Shown here: one piece after another, positions 10,639 to 23,000 of the stretch | How positions within the stretch are numbered: the stretch's first letter is position 1 | How the letters are laid out: each line of letters begins with the position of its first letter | Assembly (NCBI GenBank): GCA_900088475.1 | Contig: FLMG01002850.1 | Location: forward strand, 32,041-96,040 | Length of the DNA: 64,000 bases | Source: Hyphochytrium catenoides | Lineage: Eukaryota > Protista > Hyphochytriomycota | Direction: 5' to 3' | Notes under the pieces: model-generated | Told to the model about the DNA's origin: nothing | The model's input: the letters and a program-made list of their open reading frames with translations, nothing else | Database searches by the model: none | Translations under genes and position numbers: made by a program

Positions 10639-13600
10639 ATGTATACACTGAGCAAGCTCGTTGACGACTGTGCCTCAAAGAGGGCAGGGAAGCTGGAAGC
10701 CGATCTTCCCAAGGAGAAAAAGAAGGAATTGCTGCAAGATGCGTGGAAGGCATTCAACAGCTGGATTGAGGAAGTGTTTGAGAAGGGCAAGGTAGGAATC
10801 AACTTACCGCTATCATCTCTTTTACCCTAAGACAACAATATGTTGCGATCCCGCTAGATATTCCCTCTTCCCTGAAACACCGACTGTTCCACTTGTTGTT
10901 GTGATTCCTGAGATATCTTCGCATCGCCAACTGCCGGGGCTTACTCTCCGTCTGTCGCTCAGGATCTCTTAGCCTCCCACGTTCGTTTTCTTTTCACTTT
11001 CCATGTGACTCGTTCTGACTGCGCTTTCTCTCACTGTGCTATTCTTTTGTTGTTCCTTCCTCTCCCCCTCTCTCTCCTTCGATAAAATCCTTAACTGCTG
11101 GACGAAGGGTGTGAGTATCAGCACCTTCGGCTCCATCACCTGGGAGGTGGTCTCCGGGACCGATGAGACCGTCAAAAAGAGACCCATCTTCATTTTGGCT
11201 GAACAGTTTGCGAAGGCCAACAACATCATTTACAAGAAGCCTCTCAAAGCACCTGAGATAGTTCACTGTGAAGAGGTCAACTATTCGAAAATCGCGATCA
11301 GGTAAGAACAAGACCCACTGGGAATGGCTTATAAATGGAATGATAGAGGATGAGACAGCGAGTCGCGAGAGTGATGAACATATCGGTGGATTCGAGGAGC
11401 CCTGGGCTATTCTACAAGGCGCTGACCGACTTCACCGACGATAGGTACTCACAAATGCTGACAAAGAATATGGTGTTCTCTGCCATAAGAGAACTTCTGC
11501 ATAAGATAGGGCAGGTAGGCTCCAACTCTTTTGTCTTGGCTCCAAGCCCCCAAATCCCTTTACCGTCCGCTTATAGTTTCATCTTTACAGAGCCATTCTG
11601 TCCATTGGGTGGGGTTTCTCTTATACTGCTTGACCTTTCTTCGCTGACTTATTCACGTGCTTCACGTGCTCTCCCGAAGGTCTTATAGAAGTCCTCCCGA
11701 CCGGGGTTTTGTTAGTTAGCACTTGCTAAGCGCTTTCACTTTATAGCTTGTAGGCAATGGGCAGAAGGTATCAATTGAACTTTCGGTGGGAACGTTGGTA
11801 TCTCACGAGCGAAAACTACGAATGGTCTTCAACGCCAACTACTTTGCGAAGGTCGGAGCCAAATGCCCCTCATCTCCGGTTGCCCTTCTCAATTCGCAGA
11901 ATAAGAATTATTGCGTTCCTTGCCTAACACTCTATTTAGGAAGCTCTCTCACTCATTTCATTGTGTCAATCTAACTCCTGGCTCTACAGAAGAGCCCCCT
12001 GTGCGAGGATACAGAAGCTCAGTCTCAGGAAGACATAAAGGTTCAGGGATCCGTCGTCCCAACTACAGAGTCAGCTAGCCTAGTCTCGGCGGAGAGTCAA
12101 GCGGCCCTTGAAGCTAATTGCCGCCTACATGCAGCAGAAAATGAGAGAGAGGTGCTGCTGGAAGATGTTGACGACGAGACGGAAGATCCAGGGCTATTTC
12201 CTAGCGCCGCAACCCACACAGAAGAAGGGATCAAGGAGCTGTGTCGGGTGGAGAAAAGCGGGCGAATTCGTGCTGCAGAGGAGTACATTAAGCAGAACAT
12301 CAGATTCAACGACGATGATGTGCTAGACAACGCCTATAAGGTAGGCGGTGAGATACTATATTGACAGGAAAGCACGTTGATGAGAATAAAGAGTGGGTAG
12401 TGTAGGAGGACTGTAGAGTCCTATCACACGCTAACGTTAGAATCATCAGCGCTACGCCTTGGATATGGTTCGCCAGCAGGCAGTTGAGCTATCTGAAGCC
12501 CATCAGATTGAGCTCCAGCGGCAGAGGGTGGAGCAGGAGCTGCAGGTCCAGAAAGAGAGGAGGCTGGTGGAAGTCAAAAGGACCCAAGAGTTCATTAAGG
12601 AACAGATGGTAGGTAACGAAGATATGCATTTGAGCGAAAACTACTACTCTGATCTAACAAAATGAGGAAAGATCTGTTGAGGGCCAGGAGGGATAAACCG
12701 AGTAGAGTGACCAAAAGCGAGGGCGATACTGGGTTCAGTAAATTCATCGCCAGAGTCGCACGCCATTCTAATAGCGATTTCCTCTGACTTTTGCTCGACA
12801 GCGAGGACGCATGGAGCTCAAGGCAAAAGAACTCCAGCAATGGAAGCAGCAGCAGCCCGCTGCCTACCCTCCGAAGCTGGAAGGCCTGAAATTCATGGTA
12901 TCCAGGTCAAAGGACCGCTTGGGAACCGGTGAAGTGACGGAAGAGATAGAACAGCTCCGAAATGATAGGACGCAGCTCCAGCAGGACCTACTCTCGACGC
13001 TACAGACACAGGTAGCAAAGCCCTTGCACTTGCAGCTGTGATCGGGAAGACTTTCGGCTCGTAACTGTGCTCATGTGGATTCTCGATTGATACTAAGTTG
13101 GAGATGTTCCATCTCTCTATGACGTTCTTGCTCGCTCACCACCATTCTAACACCTGGTTCACTGTTGTTTGGGCTTCGCTGTTCTGATCCATCAAATTTT
13201 TCTGCTTCCGCATCATCATGTTATGTCGCTACTGCTATTCGATGCAGATGGAGGAGAAGAACTTGCGGCAAGCGCAGGAAAAACAGGAGCAAATATTGGA
13301 AGATATGAAGCTTCTGAATGCAGTTAAAGAGGAGATTGAGGAGCAGAGGAGGAAGCAAGTTGAGCAGACTGCTAAAACGAAGAAGTATCTCATGGACTCT
13401 TGGCGAAGAGATCAGCAGCTAAAGGCTGTTATCCAGGTAAGACTTGCTGAGACAGTCCCCCTTCACGAAGCAACCTCATTTTCCTCCTGATACAAGCCTC
13501 TTAGCTCCTGGTTTTGTTGTGAGGTTTCTTCGTCTCCCTGGTCTCCCTGTCTTGCAACTGGGGCTCTCTGCGACCTATTTTTTACTCCCATAGCTCTTAA

Positions 13601-13815
13601 CATAACCTATCGTCTACTTAACCTTTCCGTCACAGGACCATCAGGGCGTTCTACATTCGACGTCACCTTCCAAAGTCCTTAGAGACGTGCCATCTAGATT
13701 TCCTCTCCCACCCCCGTCTGCCCCTAGCCCATCATTTCATAGACCCAAGACAGACTTCTCCGTAGGTTTTGACCTACGAGCAGCCACTGCTCGTAAAAGC
13801 GATGAGTTTGATTAG
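10639..13815 (+). CDS. CCDC81: CCDC81-like centrosomal/ciliary protein (HU-like N-terminal domains plus coiled coil), about 10 exons
   Basis: AWKAFNSWIEEVFEKGK|GVSISTFGSITW...RPIFILAEQF...EVNYSKIA...VSIELSVGTLVSHERKLRMVFNANY matches the CCDC81 pattern (KGVxIPxFGTFTF...RPVF...PLNF...GxLxIRDxKVKMRFYxDF). Coiled-coil exons follow; stop TAG at 13815. Confidence 0.8.
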
Positions 13816-14009
13816 ATTTCCCTTAGAGTTCTGGCAGGGAAGCCCTAAGTACTCTCTGTACAATATAAAGCTGAATGCATAGATGAAGCAGCATTTGCGA
13901 CACATGGCGGAACCGTCAATCCCATTGCTACATCTCACTGAGATCAACGAGTGATATGGCTTCAGCTCTCACAGCAAACGATTGTGGAAGCATGAGAAGT
14001 GCATCAGCC

Positions 14010-14514
14010 TTAAACCTGCACGTTTCTGAGCTGTTTCTCTAAGTACTCGTTCAGTGTAAGCACTCTATTCTTGAGATTTCCCCAGCAAACTGTCTGATCG
14101 CCATAAGCGCACAATAGATAGCTTCCTCCGCACTTGCTAACACAGAGCTTCGTCTCCTATGAAGCAAATAAGGAGCTGGAGCCTCTGGGTTGAATTTGAC
14201 ACGACATACCTCAAAATCTGCAAGCATCACTTTTAATTTATCCTTAGAGGCGCTAGCCTCAGCGCCGCTCTTCTCAAATTCCACCCACATATTAGATACA
14301 ATGGCTCCCACTACCTTGTCGTCTACGTTGGCAGGACTTTGTCCGTAACGTCCCAGAAGGGTCCCTTCCATCGTCATTAATCTAAGTAGGAAGCCGATTA
14401 GTTCACGTGTTACAGCTGGTAAAATATGTGTTGCAGATAGACGTACAGGCTAACACTGACACCATCCCCGGCAACGGAACCGAGAACCTCGGGCAAAAGC
14501 TTCGCGCGGATCAT
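14010..14514 (-). CDS. LAMTOR2: Ragulator complex protein LAMTOR2 (Roadblock fold), 3 exons
   Basis: Spliced product MIRAKLLPEVLGSVAGDGVSVSL|LMTMEGTLLG...VVGAIVSNMWVEFE...LKVMLADFE|ETKLCVSKCGGSYLLCAYGDQTVCWGNLKNRVLTLNEYLEKQLRNVQV* aligns end to end with LAMTOR2. Confidence 0.9.
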
Positions 14515-14689
14515 CTTGCCCCAATAGACCTAGCCAAGCCAGCCTCAGCAGAGTAGCCGATAGGACTTGGACGTCGGCGTGCGTGGCCTTGGGCATCTAC
14601 TCCGGTTTTCTCTATGGTTCTAATGGAGCTATGGAGTCTTCGTCCTTGATAGAGAGTTGCTGTCGTCTCTGCAAAGCAGCAGCTGGGTG

Positions 14690-15147
14690 CAGATCAGAAG
14701 TTAATGTTTGACGAGCAGCTTCTCTTGTCCAGAATACGGGCCTTTAGATCCATGAAATCCTTTACTAAACCTGGAAGAAATGCAGATCAGGTCATGCAAA
14801 CTCACTTCATTGAGGCAAACACAGACTCTATTATCTTATGAGTTATATAGCAAAACGCACTTACCTCTCCAAACCCATGCCTCCCAGAGATCCGAAGCTC
14901 TTCACAAATCTCAAGTCCATTCAGCTCGCAACAAGTTTCTTGAGGTTTTGAGGTGATGGAGGAGATCAAAAAGCTTCATCAACCCGTGAAGATCTGCGCG
15001 AAGGTTCATCAAATACCGATAGACGAGAGATCTCCTGTCTTCTCGCATTGAGCTAGGCCTATCTTCAGAAGGCATCTTATAGTAGATCCATTTGAGAGAG
15101 TGTATCTTCCCTGGCTTGCACTATACTTGAACAGGCAGATCTGGATC
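14690..15147. promoter_or_regulatory. Bidirectional LAMTOR2/ADE2 promoter with 9 co-oriented AGATC motifs
   Basis: AGATC at 14691, 14746, 14784, 14888, 14963, 14990, 15028, 15084 and 15137, between divergent start codons (14514 and 15148). Confidence 0.45.
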
Positions 15148-17460
15148 ATGGATGGCAGAGTAGTGGGAGTGCTTGGTGGCGGCCAACTCGCCCGCATGAT
15201 GGGTGAAGCCGCCCATCGATTGGGCATCCAGATGATGGTTCTTGATCCTGAGGGCGTCGACTCACCGGCCGGTCAAATCACAGGAAGTGCAATTAAAGGA
15301 TCCTTCAGAGATGAAGCTCTGATTCGCGAGCTCTCAGAAAAGAGTGATGTTCTCACCGTAAGCTGCACTTCAAACTAAATCTTCTTCCTTGTCACCTGCC
15401 TTTATCTATCTGAGTTTTCTTCATACCCACTGTTACATTCCGTCTTCCTCTTTCCATGTCGCTATTCTTTCTTACCATTCGCCTCAATCTTTTGCTACCG
15501 TTTCCTCACATAACGTCCAATGCAGATGGATATTGAGCATGTTAACACAGAGATACTTCACCATCTTGAGGAGGAAGGAGTGCAGATTCACCCATCTCCT
15601 CACACGGTGCAGCTTATCCAGGATAAGCTCGTGCAGAAGAAGTACTTGAGGAGCAAAGATGTAGCTGTTGCGGACTTCATGGAGGTAGAATCCGTGGACG
15701 AAGCCAGAGAGGCCGGAAACCGTTTCGGTACAGCTCAAACTTACAATCAATTTCTTTTGCTCGCGCTAACCCTATCAACAGGCTATCCTTTCGTGCTGAA
15801 GTCCCGCTTGATGGCTTATGATGGCCGTGGTAATCGTCTGGTGGAGTCAGAGGATGAGATTAGTAAAGCCTGGGAAGAGCTCGGCGGTTCTCGGCTGTAA
15901 GTTACCATCAGCTAACTCAAAACGCCGAGAACCTATTGCTGACAAAGCCTACTTTTCTACCTCGACCCTTATCTCTTTTGAACGTTACGTCTCCTCCGGT
16001 GCTCAGCTATGTCGAGAAGTTTGCAGACTTCACTAAAGAGCTAGCCGTCATGGTCGTTCGTGGCGCGGACGGTATTCGGAGCTATCCTGTGGTTGAATCT
16101 GTGCAGGAGAACCACGTTTGTGCTATTGTTATTGCACCAGCAGACATCCCTCCGTCCTCGTACCTCCATGCAAAAGCGATCTCCGAGAAAGCCATCTCTG
16201 TCCTTGACGGTCGAGGAATCTACGGAGTGGAGCTCTTCCTGCTCAAGGTAACGATCCTCTCGTGAAAGTGTTTCAGCGCATGCTGCCCTTTGTCTAAGTG
16301 TACTTGCCCTCTCGACGCTACGTCACAAGGCTCTTCCAGATATCACTATCCAACTCATCACTGTTCACTTATAGTAGTTCCTCCGTGTGTTGCTTCGCAT
16401 TTTATCCATCGCTAATAGAGCTCTCTGTTCCTTATCTAGAATGGTGAAGTCCTTGTCAACGAGATTGCCCCGCGACCGCATAACACCGGTCATTATACTA
16501 TTGAAGCCTGTGAAACTGATCAGTTCGAGAACCACATCAGAGCTATTCTAGGGCTGCCTCTAGGCAGTTGCGACCTGAAAGTGGGCGCCGCACTGATGTA
16601 TAATATTCTTGGAGACCCCACTGCAAACCCTGAAGTCACCTACAAACCCATGCACGCGGCGATGAATGTGGACGGCGCCAGTATTCACTGGTATGGAAAG
16701 AAGCAGGTATGTGATATTCAGAGTCGTTTCGAAAAGTGCCACATGGCTGACCCCTTTTCCTGAAGCTTCGCGCAGGAAGGAAGATGGCACATTTGACTGT
16801 CACAGGTTCTTCTCGCTCAGAGCTGGCTGTGCGATGTCAGAACTTGGGCATCCCGTATACACTAACCGTCCGCAAGACCGCACAAGTAGGAATAATCATG
16901 GGCAGCGACTCGGACTTACCCACCATGAAGGATGCTGCTGAGGTGCTGGACAAATTTCAGGTGTGGCCACCCGATCCAGGAAATGAATCATGCCGTCGGT
17001 GGACTAACAGAATAACCAACTTCTCTTTTGTAAGGTCCCATATGAGCTCACTGTGGTGTCAGCACATAGGACGCCGAAGAGGATGTTTGACTATGCGCAA
17101 AATGCTGCAGCTCGCGGCATCCGAGTTATAATAGCAGGCGCAGGAGGAGCTGCACACTTGCCTGGAATGGTTGCTGCCTTAACCCCGCTGCCCGTCATCG
17201 GCGTGCCTGTCAAGACTTCCACCCTCAATGGCCAAGATTCGTTACTTTCTATCGTACAGATGCCGAGAGGTGTCCCTGTGGCCACCGTGGCTATCGGTAA
17301 CGCTACGAACGCCGGCTTATTGGCTGTGCGCATGCTTGGCATGTCCTCTAAGTCTCTAGAGCAGAAGATGGTCAACTTTATGGAAGGGCAGGAGGAGGAG
17401 GTGCTGCATAAGGCTGATCGGCTGGAGAATATTGGGTACCAAGAATATCTGAAGCACTAG
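15148..17460 (+). CDS. ADE2: Bifunctional phosphoribosylaminoimidazole carboxylase (PurK-PurE fusion), 7 exons
   Basis: [88 protein letters not shown] and [16 protein letters not shown]. Confidence 0.97.
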
Positions 17461-18208
17461 CGTGTAGGAAAGAGGAAGAAGGCTGAGAACGTACAATTTT
17501 ACTCAAAGCGCTAATTTTGTCTAACACGGATGTTTAGCGTCACCTTGAAACCGTTACCTTACACTTTAAGGCTGTAAATTTAGGATCATCTGATGATGGG
17601 TTGATGGCCTTGTAACGGCCCCAGATGCACCAGCTTCTGATGGTCTCTGTGGCGCCCGACCTCTAATCCTCGTAACCCCAGTGATCGTGCACCCAATATG
17701 TGCGACAGCCGCACGCACCCTAAGATAGAAGCACGGATAGATAAGAGGGCGGCTGTAGCAGGCAGGAGGAGGAGGGACGAAGCGGAGACGGGACAACATC
17801 AAAGGGAGGACAGCCAAGAAAGACGGGAAAGGGAGGAGGTAAAAAGCGACACAACATCAGTTGATCGCAGACTACTCAGAGCCATCACATAAGGGGAAGG
17901 TCCGCCCTTCCAGTCCAGGAGGACCATTGCCCCGCCTATAACCAGGTAAGGTGCGACTGGAACGGAGCTTAAAGGAGCGAAGCTTAACCATCGCAAGGCG
18001 TCAAGGTCTTGATCTCAGCTTCTCAAAACAGCTTGATGATGTCTCCAGAACGGCTCTCCGCTGTCAGTCCTGAGTTGCCATACTCTTCCAACCCATGAAT
18101 AACGTTATCTACCAAGACAGTAGAAGGCGGTAGACAGACAGGCTTATAAAGTCATGGGCGGCCTCTTAACTTGCTATAGTTGAGACCTAGGAGGGAGAGA
18201 CTCTGACC

Positions 18209-19583
18209 ATGGTCAAGAAGAGCATCCTTCGAATCACGCCTATCATTGATAGGCCACACACAGCCCAGGAACACGATGATCTCGCTACCTCCACTTCAGC
18301 CGCTGCCCAGGTTCCCGTGCTTCTTCCTCCTGCGCCAAACTTTACGCTCGACCATGTAGATAAGGCTCTCAGCCTCTCCAAGCCGCCGTCTGTAGAGTAT
18401 ATCTTTGTAGAGGTGCTGGTCAACACCAGGATCCCATGCCACTTCAGTCACTTTGGTCGTTGGGGCCACTCGGCGGTGCGCTATACGCTGCCTGATGGGC
18501 GACAAAGAGTTGTGAACATCACCAGGCCGGAGGAGACGAACAAGTTGATGGAAGTGTACGATCAGCCGGGGGATTACATTCTAGGGAAAGGAGGGAAAGG
18601 AGGCATCTTTTCCAGGGATATGGTCGGGGTCCGGATAGAAAACGTTGCGGAAGACTCCTTGTGGGCCTTGCACTACTTCTTCGAGTCCTGCATTGCCCGG
18701 TTTAAGGCGGATCCGACGGACATCCGCTTCGAATTGACTGGCGGCGTGGGAATGACGATCCTTAGAGAGTTATTTATTTTGAGGAGAAAGCCTACAGGAA
18801 ACTGTGCTCGATGGTATGTTTGAAGTGGAGATTCAAGAATAATGGCCACCATGGCCCTGAAGTGCTTCCTCTGTCTCACTTCGCATCCCTCATCTCTGCT
18901 CATCACCGGGCATCTTTCCTTCCGTTGCGATCTGACCTTTTCCACTAGTCATTATAAATGGTGATCAAACGTTATTGACGACTGCTTGTGCATGTAGGAC
19001 CTCGAGAGCACTAGAGCAGACAAAGCTGGTGGAGCGATCGTCCCTCTTCCCCAAAAAGATCTTAATAGAAATGCTTGAGCTTGCCGTGGAAAAGGATCCA
19101 GACAACGTCCACGTAGTTTATTATAACCGCATCCACGCCACCAAGAAAGAAAAGAGCTGGCTGAAAACCGGGTTCTCCTTTCATAATCCCATGGCTATCT
19201 TCCTCCTTCCGTCAGCCATCTGGAGATTGTTGTTCTACTGGGATCTTAGAAATTTTGCTGACGTGATCGTAGACAATGATGAAGGCCACACTCCGGAGGA
19301 GCTGGGAACGAACCTTGTTTGTACCATGACGAGAAAAAAGGGTAGAAGACTCTCAAAAGCACTCAAAAGGCTTCTTTCGGTGTTGGATGCTCTATACTGG
19401 ATGGGGCTTCTCTTTGGATATAACTTCATCTGCGCGGACTTTGAGAGTGCACAGGACTATGAAGATCAGTATCTACGGCCCGGACTGCTCACATCTGTTT
19501 GTGAAGCTTCTTTCCCAAGGTGGCTCTCTTTACGTTTGCTCATTACTCTATCCCTCGTTACAATCTATAGGTTGTTCTATTGA
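18209..19583 (+). CDS. Uncharacterised membrane protein, putative permuted papain-like (His...Asn-Cys) enzyme, paralog A; one intron 18814-18997, possible upstream exons from ~17698
   Basis: FGRWGHSAVRYTLPDG...VVNI, GGIFSRDMVGVRIE, KPTGNCARW|TSRAL...SLFPK and NVHVVYY, then two C-terminal hydrophobic helices. Homology to paralog B at 27.5-32 kb confirms it is coding. Confidence 0.8.
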
Positions 19584-20049
19584 AAAGAAGCATCGCAAGC
19601 CAGTGACGAGAGCTATTATTGTGGTCGGGCGATGCCCGTAGAGACCTTTATCAAGTGCAGGAGAGGACTACTACCCAATACCTCTAATGATATCTAATAA
19701 CGCGCACTCCTTATTGTCCATAATAGCTCCTCTTGCATACCATAGGAAGCGTACTGGCAGAGGGGTCAGCTTTTGCCTTCGAAACGCTGCATTGCAGCCT
19801 GCCATCTGCTTCAGAGCCAGAATGACCACCATGAAGATTAGCCTTACCGAGGTGGATCTACGTGTTTCAAAACCCAATGACACAGAGGATACAGAATAGG
19901 GCAGACTCCTTAAGGCGAGGGTTTGCGCCCAACTGAAGAGGTTTCCCTCTTAGCTCTCTTCAACCTAGTCTCTTTCTCCCTCACTTCATATCGGGACTTG
20001 TGCTGCCCAACAGCCGTAGTCCAACATATCTTAGTGCATTTCTATAGTT

Positions 20050-23000
20050 ACTAGCAGCTTATGGGCCACCATAACCTCGAAGAAAGAGTCCAAGCCCTCC
20101 CGGGAACCTCCACCGAGCGATAGATGCGACAAGCTATGTCAAGTGAACCATCACCGCCACGGCAACGTTGATCTCATGGGATGGCGTAAAACGACCATAG
20201 AACTCCGGTCCAGTGGGTCGCAGGTAACTGTGTCTCTAGCCGGTTTTGCGTGCTAGAATGGTTGTCAACATCCTCCCACTAACTGGCGGAGCCAGCCAAG
20301 ATCTCCACTTCCTACAGGATTACTTACCGCTGCTCTTCTACGTCGTGAGCTCTCCTCGTCTGAGAGTCTGTGCAAGTAGTCTCTTAACTGACTTCGTCGT
20401 TCCCTCTATACGCTATCTCATCCTAGTATTTCGTCTCTCTTCCAGAGAGGCTGAGCTCTGGAAACAGGGCCCTGTCGTCCTCTTCACTATCCTTCAACAA
20501 CCAAGACTGCATCAACAACCAAGACTGCACTCCTCAGCTGTTGATGGACTCCGGAGTGTCGCTGCAGGTAGTCAATCTTCCAGGTGCTGTTGTTTCCCTC
20601 CTCCCAGAGCTCCATGCTTGGTGATGTTCGTACCAACATCAGAAGAGACAGAAACCCATGGGTCAACCAGGTAATGTAAGCTGACCCATGGATGGACCTG
20701 GGTGAAGGTTTGCTTGATGTTCTCGGCATCATCGCATCAGAGAGAGAAGTGAGTCCTCTCCTCTCACTGCAAGAGAGGGAGGACAAAGTCAGCATTATTG
20801 TTCCTCCTTCATAGCTACTGTCTGCTTGAACCTCTCTGGACATCTGCTCCTTGATGTTCCGTCATCTGCAAGGAGCTGCCAAGCTCTTTTGTCTACAATC
20901 ATAAGTCTTCTCCTCTCGCCAGAAGTTTCTTTGTCTTGACTTTGCTTTGCTCCCTTTCATTGCACTCTCCTCGCTCTCATCTCTCCAAGGCTTCCTTTGC
21001 TCGCTTGTCGCTAGACACCAGACGCAATCTGTGCGAACAGGAACAGCTGGAAACAGGCGGGGCCAGGGCAAGAGGAGGATGACTGGCAAGGGATAGAGTA
21101 TCCGTAAAGGAAAGAAAGGAGGAGAAGAAGAGAAGAGAGAGTGTGTCCCTCTTTCTCAGCCATGGGGAAAGCACAGTACCAACTTGTCAACACCTCTGGC
21201 CTGCTAATGACACCGTGGCTGCAGTACTTGGCAAGATGGCACTCGACTACTGAGCTCTTTCTGCTGCATCGGGTACCGCAAGTATGGCGCTTCTTGCTAT
21301 GGTTGACGGGATTGCAGCATGCGAAGTTTGGAGTGTCCCTTAGAGACATGTGAGACCTAGTCTTTGAACCGGCCACAAGCCATTTTTGCCGTTCCCACCA
21401 TCAATAACTCTTTTGTTAATCATTGGTCCTTTGTTTTCCTGTTGATCCGCTTCGTGGGTCTTTCTTGGTTCTCTTTTTCACAAGAGGGTCGTGCGCAGCA
21501 ACGGTCACACTCTGGCCAGGAGCAATGTCCATCGTACCTTCGTTCCTTGTACACCCCACAAGTTTACACTGATTCTCCTAACCGTCGTCCGATCCTCCTT
21601 CCCTGACGGCAGTGGTTGGGTGGAGCAACTCCGCCAGCAGCGGCAGCTTGGCTACTCTGTGGTGCTCGCGTCTCTCACCCTACGCTTAGCCACAGCTCTG
21701 GGCACTTTGACGTGGAAATCATTTGCTCCCAAAACTGTGTTGAGGCAGCTCCTTGTAGCCATTGTCTTCCGTTGCTTCTATTTATTAGGCACATGGGCCT
21801 CATCGGTAAGAACACCCGCTATTGTGGGGATTAATGAGTGTAGAAGGAGGACCCGATGGAGAGCAAAAGTAAATGTTGAGGTCGCCTATGGCAGAGCAAG
21901 GATGGCGAGAGAAGAATATACACAGGGGTAAGGCACAACGGGATCCAGGACAAAGTCACGTTAAGGCTCAACAGGTTGCAAAACACGTTGGGCCAATTCG
22001 CATTGTATTATTGGGGTTGTAGGGAAGCCGATAGAGCTATTGGAAGGAAGGACAACGGGCGCTCACGGTTCAGAGACGTCACGCTAATTAGTACTAATGT
22101 CCTGAAATCTGGCTGCTATGTCTCTTTTCTCTTCAGATTCCTCTTCAAGGCATTCGCTCCTTAACTACGAAGGGACGTAAGATTCTGGAGATTCAAAGCA
22201 ATTTGACTAAAGTCAAGTCATACAGAGAATGGAGACAGGCAAGAGATCAGCTGCAACATTTAGCGCTCTTGTCCCGCACGGTCGCTTGGACCATTCTATG
22301 TGCTCCCTTGACCTCATCATATATCTTTTTATATCTCTTACACCTTGCCCACCTCAACTCCCATGCTGTACACGAATCATCTTTCACGTTGATGCTCACC
22401 TCTTCCATCTCTCTTTGTTGGGGGCCAAACACAATAGGAGGCGGCGAAGTATGATCGGCTTACCAAGTGCGATAGCTGGAGAGCCATTGACAAGAGTGAC
22501 GTTTATGACGAGTCAACCCTTAGGGTCAAGATTGATACACTTCAGGTAAAATATAGCCCCCAACACCTTCATACCAGGCACTTGAGAGGCGAACCTATCT
22601 CTGTTGATCGGTTTGCCCTCTNNNNNNNNNNNNNNNNNNNNNNNNNNNNNNNNNNNNNNNNNNNNNNNNCAGAGAAGCTGTGGGAAAGATCCCTTCTTGG
22701 GACCAAGCACATTGTGCACGAATACCAGGTAGGGAAAGGTTACGCCGAAGGAAGTTTGGGAAACGTGGGGCATTTCCGGGTCAGATGAGGCAAGGGAGAC
22801 TATGGTCCTTGGAGAACATGGAGAACGAGAGCCGTCCACATAGAGGCCTTTACCAGGGACAGACGAAGAGCCAACTTACCTAGCGACATGAACGGAGAGA
22901 GGACTCAATCTCAACTGCTATGGCTTATCTTTGTAGGAGCTGCTATGCAAGTGCCTGACGGCTATCAGCGACTCTTCACTAATGGACCAGTCTGCTGGGG

